Source of the DNA: an uncultured virus (IMG/VR IMGVR_UViG_3300046804_004946)
Lineage: Duplodnaviria > Heunggongvirae > Uroviricota > Caudoviricetes
Virus record (IMG/VR): IMGVR_UViG_3300046804_004946
Location: 62,001 to 119,839 of that record
DNA: 57,839 bases
Strand: one strand, 5' to 3'
Shown here: in pieces, positions 56,139 through 57,839 of the stretch
Numbering within the stretch: position 1 is the first letter of the stretch
How the letters are laid out: every line of letters starts with the position of its first letter
Translations under genes and position numbers: made by a program
The notes under the pieces: generated by a model
Told to the model about the DNA's origin: nothing
Database searches by the model: none
Seen by the model: only the letters and a program-made list of their open reading frames with translations

Positions 56139-57839
56139 ATGGCAGACATACGGGTTCGTGTAAATTCTGGAAATCAACCAACCGTTAGGGTCGGCCAAGA
56201 AAATGCTGTAAAAATAGTTGCCAGTAGTTCTGGTGCTCAAGGCACTCAAGGATTGCAGGGACAAAAAGGATCTGATGGATCTATTGGTGAACAGGGAACT
56301 CAAGGTTTATCTGGAGGATTTGTTGGTAAAGGTGACCAAGGAATCCAAGGTCTTCAAGGTGAACAAGGTATTCAAGGATTATCTGGTGAATTTGCAGGTC
56401 AAGGCGTTCAAGGAACACAAGGACTCCAAGGTGAGCAAGGTGTTCAAGGATTTAGTGGTGGGCAAGGAACTCAAGGAACTCAAGGAACTCAAGGAAATCA
56501 AGGAACACAAGGACTCCAAGGTGAGCAAGGTGTTCAAGGTGTTCAAGGATTTAGTGGTGGGCAAGGAACTCAAGGAACCCAAGGTTTACAAGGAACACAA
56601 GGAACTCAAGGATTGCAGGGAGTTCAAGGAACTCAAGGACTCCAGGGTGATCAAGGAGTTCAGGGAATTCAAGGTTTAAGTAATCAAGGTGTTCAAGGAA
56701 CACAAGGACTTCAAGGTGATCAAGGAATACAGGGAACTCAAGGTACTCAAGGTACTCAAGGTTTACAGGGAGTTCAAGGATCCGGTAATCAAGGAGTTCA
56801 GGGAACTCAAGGACTTCAGGGTAATCAAGGAACTCAAGGACTTCAGGGTAATCAAGGAACTCAAGGACTTCAGGGTAATCAAGGAATCCAAGGTCTTCAA
56901 GGTGAACAAGGTATTCAAGGGATTCAAGGTTTACAAGGAACTCAAAGTACTCAAGGAACACAAGGAACTCAAGGACTTCAGGGTGATCAAGGAGTTCAAG
57001 GAACACAGGGTAATCAAGGAACTCAAGGTACTCAAGGACTTCAGGGTGATCAAGGAATTCAAGGTGTTCAAGGTACTCAAGGACTTCAAGGTGTTCAAGG
57101 AACTCAAGGAACACAAGGACTTCAGGGTAATCAAGGAATTCAAGGTGTTCAAGGTTTAAGTAATCAAGGAGTTCAAGGACTTCAAGGAATACAAGGAATT
57201 TTAGGGCAAAAAGGTGATAAAGGTGACACAGGAACATCCGTTAAAATTATTGGATCAGTACCTTCAAAAACTACTTCTATTGGATCATCTACTTTAACTA
57301 ATAATGATACTGTTTATTCTTGGTATCCTGCTTCAACTGGTGATGGTGTTATTGCTTCAGATACTGGAAATTTGTGGGTATATGATTCAACAACACCAGT
57401 TTGGAATGATGTTGGAAATATTAGAGGTCCGCAAGGTACTCAAGGATTACAAGGTTTAAGTAATCAAGGAGTTCAAGGTATTCAAGGACTTCAGGGGGAT
57501 CAAGGAGTTCAAGGTACTCAAGGACTCCAAGGAAATCAAGGAGTTCAAGGAACTCAGGGATTACAAGGAATTCAAGGAACTCAAGGTACTCAAGGACTTC
57601 AGGGTGATCAAGGAGTTCAAGGAACACAAGGATTACAAGGAACCCAAGGATTACAAGGTACTCAAGGACTTCAGGGTAATCAAGGTGTTCAAGGTACTCA
57701 AGGACTCCAAGGAAATCAAGGAGTTCAAGGAACTCAAGGAACCCAAGGTTTACAAGGAACACAAGGAACTCAAGGATTGCAGGGAGTTCAAGGAACTCAA
57801 GGACTCCAGGGTGATCAAGGAGTTCAGGGAATTCAAGGT
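56139..57839 (+). CDS. Collagen-like (Gly-X-Gln) repeat protein, probable fibre; 3' end outside window
   Basis: ATG at 56139 (MADIRVRV...[12 protein letters not shown]) then an open frame of [12 protein letters not shown] triplets. Non-repeat domain at ~57230-57425. TAAATA upstream. Missing from the ORF track because no stop is reached. Confidence 0.9.
   Translation, partial: MADIRVRVNSGNQPTVRVGQENAVKIVASSSGAQGTQGLQGQKGSDGSIGEQGTQGLSGGFVGKGDQGIQGLQGEQGIQGLSGEFAGQGVQGTQGLQGEQGVQGFSGGQGTQGTQGTQGNQGTQGLQGEQGVQGVQGFSGGQGTQGTQGLQGTQGTQGLQGVQGTQGLQGDQGVQGIQGLSNQGVQGTQGLQGDQGIQGTQGTQGTQGLQGVQGSGNQGVQGTQGLQGNQGTQGLQGNQGTQGLQGNQGIQGLQGEQGIQGIQGLQGTQSTQGTQGTQGLQGDQGVQGTQGNQGTQGTQGLQGDQGIQGVQGTQGLQGVQGTQGTQGLQGNQGIQGVQGLSNQGVQGLQGIQGILGQKGDKGDTGTSVKIIGSVPSKTTSIGSSTLTNNDTVYSWYPASTGDGVIASDTGNLWVYDSTTPVWNDVGNIRGPQGTQGLQGLSNQGVQGIQGLQGDQGVQGTQGLQGNQGVQGTQGLQGIQGTQGTQGLQGDQGVQGTQGLQGTQGLQGTQGLQGNQGVQGTQGLQGNQGVQGTQGTQGLQGTQGTQGLQGVQGTQGLQGDQGVQGIQG
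56230..57839 (+). repeat. Degenerate 9-nt coding repeat array (CAAGGNNNN) with longer duplications
   Basis: 56562-56675 is identical to 57726-57839; a 27-nt unit occurs three times near 56808-56887. Confidence 0.9.

Noticed and set aside
56218..57762. ORF-track proteins in the collagen region (KELKDFRV and LEFLDYPE repeats)
   Set aside because: These are alternative-frame and antisense shadows of the Gly-X-Gln frame starting at 56139.
56230..57839. Possible CRISPR array or DGR template/variable repeat pair
   Set aside because: Units are 9-nt in-frame coding repeats without unique spacers. The long duplicate has no adenine-specific differences, and no cas or reverse transcriptase gene is in the window.

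Overview
This window comes from a large T4-like cyanophage (cyanomyovirus). Gene content suggests a freshwater Synechococcus/Cyanobium-type host; that assignment is inference. The DNA is AT-rich and almost all genes lie on the + strand. From left to right: (1) a replication module (dam end, gp62, regA, hsp20, gp43, uvsX, gp41, mazG, primase, nrdA/nrdB) interleaved with probable virion proteins; (2) an accessory region with most of the 10 tRNAs (9 with U34, including Ile-UAU and a short-arm Leu-UAG), several unexplained structured RNAs, multiple 2OG-Fe(II) oxygenases, a small porin-like protein and Dps; (3) a ~13 kb glycan cluster (gmd, fcl/colC-like, ColD-like dehydratase, GT11, two GT6, GT25s, galE-like, glf); (4) hli x2, petF, peroxiredoxin and a lysis cassette; (5) a lone minus-strand four-gene unit of secreted/membrane proteins, psbA with a PhotoRC-II-like leader, and talC-zwf-gnd; (6) a flavin halogenase-like gene, an HNH gene and a Gly-X-Gln collagen-like gene running off the right end. 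The best candidates for undescribed biology are the colitose/fucose + GT11 + GT6 'blood-group-like' glycan pathway, the non-tRNA structured RNAs inside the tRNA operon, and the minus-strand secreted-protein unit. All calls are from motif recognition by eye; no database searches were run.
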